Assembly: GCF_006345805.1 (NCBI RefSeq)
Contig: NC_042999.1
Span: forward strand, 46,438,001 to 46,502,000
Source: Octopus sinensis
Taxonomy: Eukaryota
Length of the DNA stretch: 64,000 bases
Direction of reading: 5' to 3'
Part shown: in pieces, positions 24,089-37,495 of the stretch
Position numbering within the stretch: the first letter of the stretch is position 1
How the letters are laid out: the number at the start of each line of letters is the position of its first letter
Program-made: the position numbers and the translations under genes
Notes under the pieces: model-generated
The model's database searches: none
What the model was told of the DNA's origin: nothing
Seen by the model: the letters and a program-made list of their open reading frames with translations, nothing else

Positions 24089-26961
24089 CCGACGTTTTGG
24101 CGGCGAGGTTGGCCCTCGACCAACACTTCAACGCCAAACACGAAGGATGTGCTGTCAGAGCTAGGATGCGTGCTCTAAGGAACGAGGTGTTGGAGCCGCG
24201 AGAGAGGCCCGGGTGGCAGGGCGCAACAGGGCAACAAAGCCACCATTCGGTCACTGGTAGATGAACAGGGGCGCGAATTGCTCGAGCCAAGTAAAATGTG
24301 TGAGGCCTTTCAGCAGCATTTTGCCCGACTGTTCGGAACGAGTGGAGGGCAAGAACGTAGGGTGGACTTCAGTGCCTACCTACATAGCCTACCACGACTC
24401 TCGACAAGAAAGGCAGGGTGCTGCGAAGGTGCCATCACGGCGGCGGAAGTGCGGGAAGCGATGGCAGAATGCTCGAGGGACAAATCACCGGGTTTGGATG
24501 GTCTACCCTACGAGCTTTACAATTGTATGCCAGACTTGTTTGGAGATCTCTTGGCGGCGGTGTACTGCAACTGGCAGCAAAACGGGAGCATTCCTGGTTT
24601 TGTGAGCCGAGGAGCCGTAACACTGCTGGAAGAAAGATCTAAACAAGGGAAATGTAATAGATAACTTTAGGCCCATCACTCTGCTTAATGCAGACTTGAA
24701 AATTTTGGCCAAGGTGCTAGCCAAGAGGTTGGCTTGTCATCGAGAAACTGGTCGACAAGGCGCAAACATGCGCCGTGCCAGGCCGGACCATCCATGACAA
24801 CCTCCATCTGATGCGCTACATCATAGACAGGGTAGTTAAAGAACCTGGCATGGGTGGGGCCCTGATCAACTTGGATCAATCGAAAGCCTTTGATAGGGTA
24901 GACCATCGATACTTGGAGGCAGTCCTGAGAGCGGCTGGTTTCGGTCCCGTCTTCCGCGGCTGGATAGCTGCCTTGTACAGAGGCATCCGTTCGGTAATTC
25001 GCGTAAATGGACATCTATCAAGACCTTTCGACATTGCACGTTCGGTCCGTCAGGGATGCCCCCTCTCGGCGCTTCTATACGTATTGACTCTTGAGCCACT
25101 ACTGCGGAAGCTGGCGACTCTAAGGGGCATCCCGCGAGAATTGGGATGCGGGACGAGCGTGTCTGCATACGCGGACGACGTCACCGTCATAGTGTCTAGC
25201 CACGAGCACATCGAGCGGGTCGGCGAGACACTGAAAAACTACGAAGCGGTGACAGGAGCGAAAATCAACCGGAAAAAGTCAGTGGGCTTGCGACTAGGCA
25301 CCTGGAGAAGCAAGCCCATGCCGTCCACCAGCGCCTCCGTCGTGGGACGCTGGACCGACGGCCGGTTGAGTTGCTCGGGGTCTTGTTGGTCCGGACCTCC
25401 AAGTGGAGAAGAACTGGAACGAGATAACGAGTAGGGTGGTCACTCTCGCCCGGCAATGGGCCGAGAGGAAACTGTCCCTAAAAGGTCGAGCGGAGGTGGC
25501 GAACACGTACATCGCGTCCGTCATCTACTACCGCCTGACCGTCGTACCTTGTCCCGACCCTACCATCACCAAACTACAACGCATCCTCTTTCGCTTCTTG
25601 TGGAAAGGATGCGTCCCGATGGTCAGGCGATCCATTTGCTGTCAACACCCGTTAAAAGGAGGGCTGGGCATGCCGTGGTTGATGATGCGCAGACACGCGC
25701 TGAGACTGCGACATCTCTGGCTCTATGTAGACGACGGTGAACAGGTGTGGTCGCCGTTTGTGAGGCACGCTTTCCCGCAGCTCGTCTCCATGACCGAATT
25801 GCAGTCGTGGATCAAAAAGAGGCCGAGGAAGGGCGAATGGCACCGCGAGTGTCGCGTTGCTCTCAAGCAACTCTGCCGTCCTGGGTCGACCTTAAGTGAC
25901 TTCAACACAACCAAAGCATTCTATAGGGGTTTAGTGGAGGGGAGGTACGACGACGAGCTCGGGGCGAACCTGGACGTCGACGAGGAGTACCTGACCCGCC
26001 TGTTCGGGACGACTTTCGGGCCAGGGCCCATGGACAACTTCCAGAGATCGCTGGCCTGGCAGTGCTACCGAGAAGCGCTACCCGTTCGGGATAAGCTCTA
26101 CAGACACGGCTCGAGAAACACGGGGCCGACCTGCCCGAGATGCGGTCAGAGCGACGAAACCGTTCTGCACGCACTCGTTCAGTGTCCAACAATTTCCGAC
26201 CTGTGGGCTTATGTCGAACAACTGCTGTCACGTGGGGACGAGTCGGTTTATCAGCTGAGTCTATCGTCAATATTGTCACGCCTCCTTCCTTCAAACGGGA
26301 AGGAAGAGCTATTTTCATCATCCTTGTGGCTATGGCGAAAGAATGTATCTGGTGGACGCGTCTGAAAGGATTGGAGACAAACACTTTCCTCTCTGGTCAA
26401 TCTCTCATCAACTTCTTCAAGTACCACTTGAAAAGGAAAGTGAGAGTAGAGAGGCAAGTTTTGTCTAGCGAATGTTTTAAAAAAAGATGGGTGAATGTAG
26501 CAAGAATGGCACGTATGAATGACGAAGCCACCTTGAGCATAGTCCTATGAACCCAGAAATCGAAAACAGAGAGTTGCTTATTTGCAAAAAAAAAAAAAAA
26601 AAAAGAAATATAAAATGTGACTTCATGACCGAGGTTACCGTGGTCTTTTCCGTAGGCTTTTCTTTCCACGGGTAAACCTCACCTGTCCTCCCCTTTACAC
26701 TTCATATTGACATTTCTGTGATAACGATCCCTATTGATCAATTTTTTTTTCCTCTCCCCCTTTTTTTTTTTTTTAACCCCCCTTTTTTTTGTCCTCTTTC
26801 TCTCCTTTTACGATCCCTTTTGATCGAAACTCCCCCTTCCTTTTTTTTTTTTATTTTTTTATTTTTATTTTTTAATTTTTTTTTTTAAACCTTCAAAAGA
26901 AAAGCTCTACCTTGTAATTTGTTCTATCTGTGTGCAGCCCTGTGTGGCTAATAAAGAAACA
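24088..26961 (+). mobile_element. Tx1/L1-clade non-LTR retrotransposon, copy 2 (more deeply 5'-truncated)
   Basis: Near-identical to copy 1 from copy-1 position ~19435 to the same 3' end. Same RT and knuckle motifs. (TATC)n on both sides. Confidence 0.93.
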
Positions 26962-27032
26962 TATCTATCTATCTATCTAAATATCTATCTATTTCCTATC
27001 TGTCTATCTGTCTGTCTGTTTGTCCGTCTGTA

Positions 27033-27090
<58 letters not shown>

Positions 27091-27133
27091 CTTGTCTGTC
27101 TGTATATCTGTCTATCTATATATGTTTATATGC

Positions 27134-27179
<46 letters not shown>

Positions 27180-27852
27180 TTATATCTATATATGTATGCA
27201 TGTATATGTGTGTGTGTGTGTACACAAATAGATGAATGTTTATATAATTATTGTCATCTACCCGACTGCAATTATAACCGCTTTCTCGTTGTAATCATAT
27301 AACTTGTGATAGGTTTGAAGGCATAAATGCATTGATCGATCCGATGTGTCTAACTATTCTTTTGTTTGGGATTCTTTTTTGACAAATGCAGCACATAATT
27401 TTGTTACGAATCTCACTAGTATCATCTCTGCCTTTGCGCATTTGTAAAAAAATCGTTTTGCGTCTGGGTTAGCAGTGTACCCATAGGAGTGTTGGAGCTG
27501 TGTGCATATAAGCATCTCATGTGGTTTTTCTGTTAAGGAACATTTCATGGCTTTTGAAACGTGTCTAAATCTATTGCATAAGTGTGTAATTCGCGTGTGA
27601 AATTCCGCTTGGCCGTCTGCCGTATAGAAGATCTGTACTCAACAACTTTTGGGTATTATATCCCTCTATTTTGAAGTGAAAAATCTATTTTTATGAAACT
27701 GCAAGCTCTTCTTCCTAGTTAAAGAATGTCGTTCGCCATTATTCAGCCCAAGACATTCTCGGAGAGGTGATTTCGACGGACTTAATATTGTCTTTTGTGG
27801 CGTTGTGTAATACATTTTCTTGCATATTCTGAAAAAGCTTACCGTGTTGTAA

Positions 27853-28358
27853 TTATCCCTACCGAGGAAGGAGGTTATGTTTTCATCGCCGTTATTTTGC
27901 CCGTCTGTCCGTCTGTGTGCAAAATAACTCAAAATGTTGTGAACGGTAGTCGATGAAACTTGCAGAAGACGTTGGTAACAATGCAAGGAACAGATGATGA
28001 AATTTCGGTAGTGATCCGGAAATGTTTATGGATTCTTGAAGGATTTTTAATTTGTTATATTTACTTTACATGAAGTATTACAATGTTACGTTCTTTGATT
28101 ATCTCCCTTGAAAACGTGCATGGTTTTCACGTAACCTATGGTGGTGTTACTGTTTCCAAAGTTTTATTTTCGTTTCTCTATTAGTAATTTTACTCGCCTA
28201 ACTATCTTACTAGAAACTGATGGATAAAGAGATCAAACAACATAAACAAACGGCAGCGAAACAGTTCAGAAATTAAATGACACTAACATATTCAAGGGTT
28301 GCTAAAAGCAGCAGCAGAGGAGGAGGTAGTGGTAACAGCAACTGATGCTTGACCCTTG

Positions 28359-28365
<7 letters not shown>
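27853..28365 (+). mobile_element. Helentron/HINE-like non-autonomous element
   Basis: Starts ttatccctaccgaggaaggaggttatgttttc followed by (TGTCCG)-type repeats. Short inverted match tatccct/agggata at the ends. Confidence 0.45.
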
Positions 28366-28395
<30 letters not shown>

Positions 28396-28596
28396 TATTC
28401 ATATATACATTTATTCATACATATATATGTATACGTAAGCAATTTGGTACCGTTGATTTGTAGTCATATATCTCAAAATCGTTACTCCGAAAATCTTCAG
28501 ATTCCGAACAGTTATATGGTCCTATAGTTAGAAATATTACTGAAGTAATAATTCATAAGAAAATAAAAGAAAACTTTGACGTGATCGTTGCCAGAG

Positions 28597-28986
28597 CAGC
28601 TAACTTGCTTCCATGCCGGTGGCACGTAAAAAGCACCATTCGAGCGTGATCGTTACCAGCGTCGTCTTACTGGCACCTGTGCTGGTGGCGCGGGAAAAAC
28701 ATTCGAGTGAGGTCGTTGCCAGTGCCGCTAGACTGGCTCCTGTGCAGGTGGAACGTAAAAAAACACTATTTGAGTGTGGCCGTTGCCAGTACCACTTGAC
28801 TGGCCCTCGTGCCGGTGGCACGTAAAAACACCCACTACACTCTCGGAGTGGTTGGTGTTCGGAAGAACATCCAGCTGCCAGATCAGATTGGAGCCTGGTG
28901 CAGCCATCTGGTTCGCCAGTCCTCAGTCAAATTGTCCAATCCATGCTAGCATGGAAAGCGGACGTTAAACGATGATGATGATGATG
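28597..28986 (+). mobile_element. SINE family D, 3' part, with ~65-70-bp internal tandem units and (GAT)n tail
   Basis: Repeated ccggtggcacgtaaaaa..cattcgag..gttgccag units. Tail ccatgctagcatggaaagcggacgttaaacgatgatgatg. Confidence 0.7.
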
Positions 28987-29299
28987 TTGCTCTTCGATAG
29001 TAGCTGAACATGGTTCAAGAGATCCCACACAGGTGAATATTTCGATGAATGCCTGTGCTCATTTGATAGCGTTTGTATGCCTATTGATTCATACACCTTA
29101 GGTCATCTTATGAGTCAATTTAAGTCAATTAATTGAATTATTTATCTTGACGAAGGTCTTGCTGTACTGAAAATGATAACAGGCAAACACATGTGATCCT
29201 TTTGTTTAGCATTTGTTGCTTTGGTAATTGCTAGGACTAAAAGTCGCCATATCAACCAATATTTTCGTAAGTAACCCTTTAGATGTTGTCCTGAATCTT

Positions 29300-30050
29300 A
29301 GCTGTGGTTTAATGAAAATATGTAAAGAACCAACTACAACATATTCTACATCTATATATGATTAGACAACCTGTCCATGGTGTTTAGTAATTTGGGGATA
29401 TCAAACCTGTCTACACAAAAATATATTTTGTTGGGACTGTCTCCTGTTACATTGAGGCATTATAATGGGTCAAAGAGTACGATAATGTTTATTTGAAACA
29501 ACAATACTACCTGCTTTAGACACCCCTATAGAAAGAATTTAACATTTTGCTTTTTACAACATCTTCTCCCTTGACGTAGACACCACCAGATAAACTCATT
29601 CTAAACTTATTAGATAGCCTTCTTAAACACAAACAGACGCTTGTTCACCAGGCATGCACAAGCGCAACCACATTGTACCTCAAAAGTGAAAAATCTCATA
29701 TTACACAGACCCACAATCGCACAAGAGTTTAGCTTTACTTGCATTTGCTCCACGAAAAGTTCCTGCAGTACCAAAGCTCTTATCTGCCAAATAGATGTCT
29801 AATAATACTCTGTTTCTATTTGGTAGATGGGTAATTTCCAATTAAGAACTCAGCATGATATTGTATTCCAGAATGACCAAAGGAAAATTTAAGTCAAGAT
29901 ACTATAATCACGTACCCAACTTCAGGAACATCGAAGTACAACACTCAACAGCTCTATTTAAAATTAAAACTAAAACTATGTAGCAATGCTATCAAAACTG
30001 CAATTTATACACTACCGAGTAAAATGTTAATACTAAAAAATCCGAGGTAA
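29300..30050 (+). mobile_element. Highly decayed Penelope-like remnant
   Basis: From 29873 the frame reads MTKGKFKSRYYNHVPNFRN...STAL, resembling the PLE GIY-YIG segment FK.RY.NH..SF....ST.LS. Boundaries are approximate. Confidence 0.5.
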
Positions 30051-30770
30051 TTGGATGTTTATCTGGACTACAAATTAGAAATGCTAAGAAAATGCAAAGA
30101 TGTACGCGAATTCATATCGTTTCTCTTTACATTTGCTTCAGTAAGGCTATTTAGTAAGATAGGAGTGAATGAGAGTGGAGGAGGAAATCTTCTCATTTAC
30201 ACACATAGAATACATAACTTTTATTACATAAGACCCAGTTAATAGCCTGTTATGTCTTACGCAGATCATTTATCTCAATGAGACAGAAGGACCTTCGACT
30301 AAAGAGAGCTGACAATTTCATCTGAACTTTCTGTCATATTATCTGTTTTAACATCATGAGAAATCATTCAAAGTCAACGAGTATAAGCCTTTGGGAGATA
30401 ATTTTGCCACAATATATAACCAAAGTTGTTATGAATTACACCATCAACTATGACTTAACAAGTGAGGTCAAAAAATAAATACCGACAGTTTATAAATATA
30501 TGAAAATACATGGTAACCCGTTATATTTACGTAGGCTTACATTAAAGTTGAAAGACCTCTGTATTCTCCCGAGTATTCAGTCATCAGCAAACAGAATTGT
30601 TTTTTCGCTCTCAATGAATGAATTATAATATTTTAGAAAAGTTATATTGATGAAAAGAATTGCTACATTTCCTTGCAAATTAACTTATAATAACAGAAGC
30701 AGTTTCTAGTGAAGATGCTTTCATTTCTATTGTAAACGCATAAACACACAGAGACTCATACATAAACATA

Positions 30771-30828
<58 letters not shown>

Positions 30829-30863
30829 ATAATATATATATATATGTATATATATATATACAT

Positions 30864-30919
<56 letters not shown>

Positions 30920-31949
30920 CATATATATTGATGTATGTACATACATACATACACATATATCTCGAAAAAAAAATATGAAGATTGATTTCTTGGGTGCTTA
31001 ATGTCGTGTCTGTCTTATAAATATTATTTATGAGACAAGAAGTTTTACAGTTATCATAAAGCTGTCAGAATCGTTCTTGTTCCTGCTACTTACTAGTTTT
31101 CATTATCTTTCTGATTAAACCTCAGATTACTGTTAAAGGTCATTCAGACAAGGAACAATACTAACATTTATGAAAGTAAATGTAATGTTAAAATGTTTGT
31201 GTCTCTCTAAAAGTGATTAGCATATAAAATCAGATGAAATATCTTACTTGTAATGAAATGAAACTAACGAAAACAGAAATGCGTACTGGATTCTCCAGAG
31301 TGGCAAGTCTACAGCAATTGTAGAGAAAGATGTGTAAGACAAAATAAAAGAACCTGTTATGTGAAATTGTAAAATAAGAATACAGATCACAAACGAATAT
31401 CCAGCGGATTTAAGATAATATGTTTTTGCAATTAAAAGAAACTGAATCGGCGAGCAATAATTATATGCATAGTAATATGGTAAACTTGAATGAAATCTGC
31501 AAAGGGTTATGTAATAAATTTTAAGTAACATTTGAATAAGAATCTTTGAGAGTATAATGTTAAAAATAATTCACAGCATGGTTGTTATACGAATTCAAAA
31601 GCGAACAGTTTTCATCATCATAACTGGGTCAAATGTTTGAAATGAGAATTGAGAAGCAATAATGATATAAAATAATATTAAATATGTGTGAAATATGTAA
31701 GAAAAAAACTATGCATTCCATAATAGATGTGAATATAATCAACGAAAAAACATGTATAAAAGACAGTGTTCAAGATCATCGATTATGTCAAATGTGTGGC
31801 CGCCAGAAATTCTGTATAATATACAAATATTTATAACAAAGTGAGAGCATCTTACAGTGGAGCCATGACAAACTTGTTTCTTTTAATTGACCCTGCCACC
31901 ACAGAACCCAGGTACCAGTCATATCAATGAAACACCACCACACTACATA

Positions 31950-32500
31950 TTACAAAGCAAGAGTGGCACTCAGGTAGAGATCTCATGGCTACTTTAAATG
32001 CTAGACTTCATTATCACTAGGGATCTATCTCAGCGAAAGCACGTCATTAGCACAACGAGAACCACATACAAAAGACTGCCTCTTCTTTTCATGGCCAGAC
32101 AATATTTCAAATCTTAGCATTTGCTGACCCTCTACAAGGCTCACGCTGAAATGTTGTTCCCACATCTGGGACCGTGTTGTTCCTACGCTCAAGGATATCC
32201 CGGAGCTGCATCCTGGGAGCTGTCTCTCTACTAAGTGGAACTCAATCATCCTGAACATGGCCCAGCCTCAGACCTACAGGCCTGTTTCCTCTCTTCGATT
32301 ATTTTCTCTCTACTACTGTAGCCTCTGTTCCTCGGACCTGGTCTCGTACCTCCACCACTCAGGTACTCCACCCCACTTGTATTTCCACCTTGTATTTGGT
32401 ACATGTAACTACCTTAACACTGCTGTAATCACTATGTTCAAGCCTCTCTTCCCAGAATACTGGCCATCTGGTATCTATGGAAATATCTCTATGCTGAGTA
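31950..32500 (+). mobile_element. Decayed CR1-group LINE 3' remnant
   Basis: VSSLRLFSLYYCSLCSSDLVS resembles the LINE C-terminal motif VSSL.LFY.YY.G.CS.EL. Confidence 0.5.
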
Positions 32501-32529
32501 AAAAGCCTATTTAAAGACATCAAATATGA

Positions 32530-33311
32530 ACGCACATATGCAAGAAGGAATCCAATACTTTTCAAAAGCAATGATGCTAAAAGCCTAAACTGGTCTACAC
32601 TTAAGTAAAAGAAAGGAAAATTTTGGTTATCAATAATATAGTCGAACGAAAGTAAATTCTGCCAATTTTCCAATTCATTGTGCAAAAAATTGAAACACGG
32701 GAACCAGATTGTTTGCAAGCAACATTTAAATATAGAAGAGATGAAGTTATCGTATGAGGAACTGTTTGAGTAATAAGCAAATAAGAGTTAACTTTTTATG
32801 CAAAACATCTAAATGTCAAAAATTTGAGAAAAATATTTGAAAAAATAAAATCTACTATGCATCTATTCCAATGTAAGATCTGGTAAACAAAACACTTTTC
32901 AAGAATCTGGAATTCTCTTCAGAGCAAGCAAGATATGACAAAAAACTAAGAAGCAAATTAGAGAAAAAAATCTAAGAAGCAAATCTCTGAAATGGGTTTC
33001 TCAAAGCCCTTTCTTAATGAATACATTATAGGAACATCCTGATAGAAAATGTGCAAGCAAGGTCGAAAATGAAATCAATTACTGAGCTCAAGGAAACATT
33101 GACCGAAGAGTGGAGAAACGCAGATTACTCACTCCTTGATAATTTAATAAAATCCGTAGCTAAGAGGGAGAACATCGTGATATTGACTGGAAAAGGACCC
33201 CCAAAATACTGAGACAAATGTACATTCATCTTTCAAATATTTCAGGAAGTCCTTGCAAGTTTAATTGCAATATTAATTATACTGGCTATATACACTTATT
33301 GTAGGACACTG
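32530..33311 (+). mobile_element. Tc1-like transposase remnant with right terminus
   Basis: SNESKFC (cf. SDESKF), C-terminal ELKETLTEEWRN..LDNLIKS...KY*, terminus cactg|TA. Confidence 0.7.
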
Positions 33312-33793
33312 TATATTTTAAAATCTGACACGTATTTCAGCATGATTTGCTTAAAAGATGGATCTCTTATTCATAAGTGATATACAGAATAGCATTTACT
33401 GAAAAGCCATGCTGAAGTGACCACAAATCAAAATATTTTCCTCAGATAATTCAAGCACATGTCATTCAACCTTAGGCACACCACACACTAGCTGATTCTT
33501 AACATCGTGTCTAAATCAGTGTTGTTATCACCGCCATAGCAAAGCTGGAATAGAAGAGCAAACATGCAGACATTCTCTCTCTTTACCTTCTCAGAATATT
33601 CAAATGGTTACAAAATCATACACATCATATATACACCTTAATACTAGCAATTCTCCTTCAAATATTGATTTTGCTCTGACTGCTTGCGTAACTTTCTAGC
33701 GTAAACTTTTATTGTTAAATACTGAAAAAAGAAACAAAACGAACAACTAATCTCATATTTCCTGTTTTCTTCACGATATTTTCTTTCTTTTAG

Positions 33794-33942
33794 AAACAAT
33801 CTCTAATATGCTGCATATTTGAAAGTAAAAATAGTCAAGAAAAAGCTGCCCCTTTATTGCCCGACCTGCCTCTGGTAAACCAAGCTAAAACAGCCCTTCA
33901 GCAGATGGAAAATGTAAATTTATTTAAATCCTGTGATTCCAG
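33794..33942 (+). CDS. INTU: Inturned exon: KQSLICCIFESK...PDLPLVNQAKTALQQME...
   Basis: ttctttcttttAG acceptor and GTaaat donor. 149 nt, phase 0/2. Continues the previous exon as in recalled KHYMLCVLLE...PDCVYVDQVKTTLHQL. Confidence 0.9.
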
Positions 33943-34210
33943 GTAAATATATTGAATATGATATATATTCTAATTTACGCTTTTCATTCATTTAATTTTC
34001 TCTTGCGCATGCTACATATTTAACAACCTAATTTCTTTGCTTCATTTTATCATGTTAATTCTATATTTCCGCACAAACTGCCAGTTAAACCTGTAACAGT
34101 AAGAGCTGACTTGAGGCAATAAAACTTTAATTTCACAGCTCTAAAGAATGATATCAAGACGATTAAGGACTGATATTTTGTATTGTCAGCAAAGGAGTTT
34201 CCTAGAAAAA

Positions 34211-34723
34211 TCTATATATATAAAACTGTAGTTGTGTGAGTGTCTGTCCCCTTCGATTTAGATTCCTAACTACTCCCACATTTTGCGGTGCAGTTTAACC
34301 AAATTCGGGTATCTTATAGTCGCGATTCATATCAAGCCCGTCTGGGTATTAGCGCGCGTCTACGATGAGTCTACGATATTAAAAATAATTTAACATAATT
34401 TTTTATTCCATTTTAATGCATAATTTTTCGTGTGTCGATGGCGGCGGAGTTGGCGTCCACGCTCACATCTGCACCTGTTTGCTTCTCCCCCTTCTTCCCT
34501 CCCTCGTGAAGCTGTGGGGAAGGGAGTGTAATGAAATCAACGTCGTAAAGCGTTGTCAAGGAGACCAGTGTTCTTTTAGAGCAACGACTTCATGGCTTGA
34601 AGACACCAAAACAGAAATGGCTAAGAAAGCCCGAATTGGCATCTATAAGGGAAGTAACTCTCTAAAAATGCTTATATAGTTATTTCCCTTACAAACCCGA
34701 GCAACGCCAGGCGATACTGCTAG
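34211..34723 (+). mobile_element. Complete non-autonomous Helitron (family 1)
   Basis: A|TC 5' end, CTAG|T 3' end, GC-rich subterminal hairpin cccgagcaacgccagg, no TSD. Confidence 0.88.
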
Positions 34724-35025
34724 TACTAAATAAATCATACACATGTAAATAAATACAATAGGATTATTTTATAGTCTGTGTGTTCAGTAACTAAATTAGC
34801 AGATACAGATATGTGTTTAATTCACAAACGGACTGAAGATACCTAGAAGATTTCATTGTTAAGCCCTCAGAACTCTGTTTCATGGAAGTCATAATAAGAA
34901 TTCAGCTTGGTACCAGACATTTCATATTCTTCAAATTATTTTCCATCACACATACATAGTGCAACTGATAAAGTTTTCCTCGTTAGTTCATAATTGTACG
35001 GCAAAAGGATTTCAAAAACGTTTAT

Positions 35026-35825
35026 ATACGTTCACTGATGGATAAGCATCCGGACTGTTGGCATAATCACGAAGCTAAAACATGCAGAGTGACGCCGCTC
35101 GGCACAGATCCATCTTGAACTCTGCTGTGCATGCGCACTAAGTTTTAACATTCTATCTCGCTTATGCTGTTAACAACAATGCTTGGAAGGAACGTGTGTA
35201 GCGTGTGATCGTTGCATTGACCAAGACAGAGAAAATGAAGCAAAGAATCTGCATCAAATTTTGCCAAAAGATACCGGCTCAGAGGCCTACGCAAAGTTTT
35301 CAAAAACTTTTCATCGTTCTCGACACAATCAAGATCTTGTGCAACTGAAACCCGAGTGTCTTCTTACACAGCTGAAAGCAGTTTTAGCACAAACTTGGCA
35401 GACACGTGTCTCATACACGAATCTTCAGTGATAATGGACTGAACTGAACCGTAATTAATCTGTACATCATCTGATAACTCATGGATGGTGATTCGACGAT
35501 TTCTCCTCACAGCTGCACGCACATCTGCAACGTTTTTCTCTGTTCTGCTGGTTGCGGCTTTCCCAGAACGTTCATCAATATCAACATTTTTTCGGCCATC
35601 TTGAAAATGTCTGAACCACTCATACACTCAAGTGTCGCTCATACACTCCTCTCCATACGCTTTCTGCTACTTTGTGTAGACCGCTGAGCAGGTATCGCCA
35701 TGCCAACTTTCTCTGTCGTTGCCAATGCAACGATCACTCGCTACACACGTTCCTTCCAAGCAGTGTTTTAAACAACGGAAGTAAAACTTGGTGCGCATGC
35801 ACAACAGAGTAGAGTCCAAGATCAA
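35026..35825. mobile_element. Two convergent mariner 5' fragments
   Basis: The + strand gives MKQRICIKFC at ~35235. The - strand gives ORF 35364-35627 (DERSG...RRITIHEL...SAKFVLKLL). The shared leader is present at both outer ends. Confidence 0.75.
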
Positions 35826-35963
35826 AATTGTAAAAATAAAAAAAAAATACAATAATAAAAGACGGGAAAACCAGACCATATTCTAACTTTATTCAACTTA
35901 TATATATATATATATTATATATATATATATATATTATATATATATATATATATAATATATATA

Positions 35964-35999
<36 letters not shown>

Positions 36000-36002
<3 letters not shown>

Positions 36003-36439
36003 TTTGAATAAAGTTAAAATATGGTCTGGTTTTTCCCGTTGTTTATTATTGTATTTTTAAAAAAGTATTTACAATTTTGAAGTGTGTTGAAGACTAAAAA
36101 TATATTTTGTAATGTTCATAAAGTTCAATGTTTTGAAATACAGTTAGAATGTTGGTCAAAACAGTTTTCCAAAAGATCAGCTTGTTGGAGCCTTTTAAGA
36201 GGTATAAAAAGGGAAAAGTCAGTCATTTTACTACACTTCTCAAGAACACAACTGTCAGTTAAATGCATTTTGAAATCTGATGATTACTACGAATGCTTGG
36301 AAACGCTAATTGAACTTTATGAATATCATAAAATATTTTTTTTCATATTTAACACACTTCAAAATTGTAAATTTTTTTAAAAAATACAATAATAAAATAC
36401 GTCAAAACCAAATCATGTTTTAACTGATATATCCAACTG
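36000..36439. mobile_element. Tc1/mariner-type MITE with ~90-bp imperfect TIRs; orphan TIR at ~35825-35900
   Basis: cagtttgaataaagtt...ttgaagtgtgtt versus aacacacttcaa...caactg; TA-rich flanks. Confidence 0.7.
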
Positions 36440-36474
36440 AAATATTATTCTATACATATTTACACAAATTCGTA

Positions 36475-36555
<81 letters not shown>

Positions 36556-36916
36556 TTGTGTGTGTGTGTGTGTGTAAATTAATAACTATCAGGAGAACAG
36601 AGATTTACATAAACAGGTTTTATTATACAGTTAAACACATCATTCTTTGTCAGTGCCTACACGTTTCCCCGTTGCAAGCTGGTGAGCATTCCAAATTCTG
36701 AATATTGGTGTACCACACTCTGTATAGTAAATTCAACTAAATGGAGTTCATCTACATTCACTGAACTTAGCCAGCATTGTAAAAGAAGTTTTAGAATTAT
36801 AAAATTATAAACAAAATAAAAATCTATAAATATTTAATAAATGATAAACATAAATAAAGTGATTTTGTAAAAAATGGTCCGATGACAGTGAAATAGATAG
36901 TTAACTGTGGAACACC

Positions 36917-36956
<40 letters not shown>

Positions 36957-37115
36957 TTACATATATGTGCATATATATAGAGATACATATACATACATAC
37001 TTATAGACACACACACACACACATATATATATACATATACTTACACAAATATGTGTACATTTATATACATATATATATACATATATACATACATGTATAT
37101 ATATATGTACACATA

Positions 37116-37166
<51 letters not shown>

Positions 37167-37229
37167 GTAAGTATATGTATATATATATATGTGTGTGTGT
37201 GTGTGTCTATAAGTATGTATGTATATGTA

Positions 37230-37286
<57 letters not shown>

Positions 37287-37495
37287 GTACATATATGTAC
37301 ACTCACCGACATCTCTCTCTCTCTCTCTCTATTTTTCTTCACACGTTTATTACTGTTCATATTTGTACGCTTGTCCATTTTCCGGAAATCTTTCTTCAGC
37401 AACACTTTTCGTTTCGTGTGTGCTCGTGTTCCACTTACTCCATTCTCTTCTTCTATGATGTCTTACATGTCTTCAAACTTGATTAATCTTCTATT

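Noticed and set aside
22541-24164. ORFs up to 275 aa with PTYL/SIYL repeats
   Set aside because: Read-through of SINE, (CCTA)n and (TATC)n repeats in the triplicated cassette.
19610-26669. Numerous overlapping and antisense ORFs in the GC-rich LINE copies
   Set aside because: Alternative frames of the Tx1 ORF2, expected in GC-richer sequence.
36550-36920. Possible DNA-transposon remnant ending ...tggaacaccg|TA
   Set aside because: Only one plausible terminus and weak coding similarity; not supportable.
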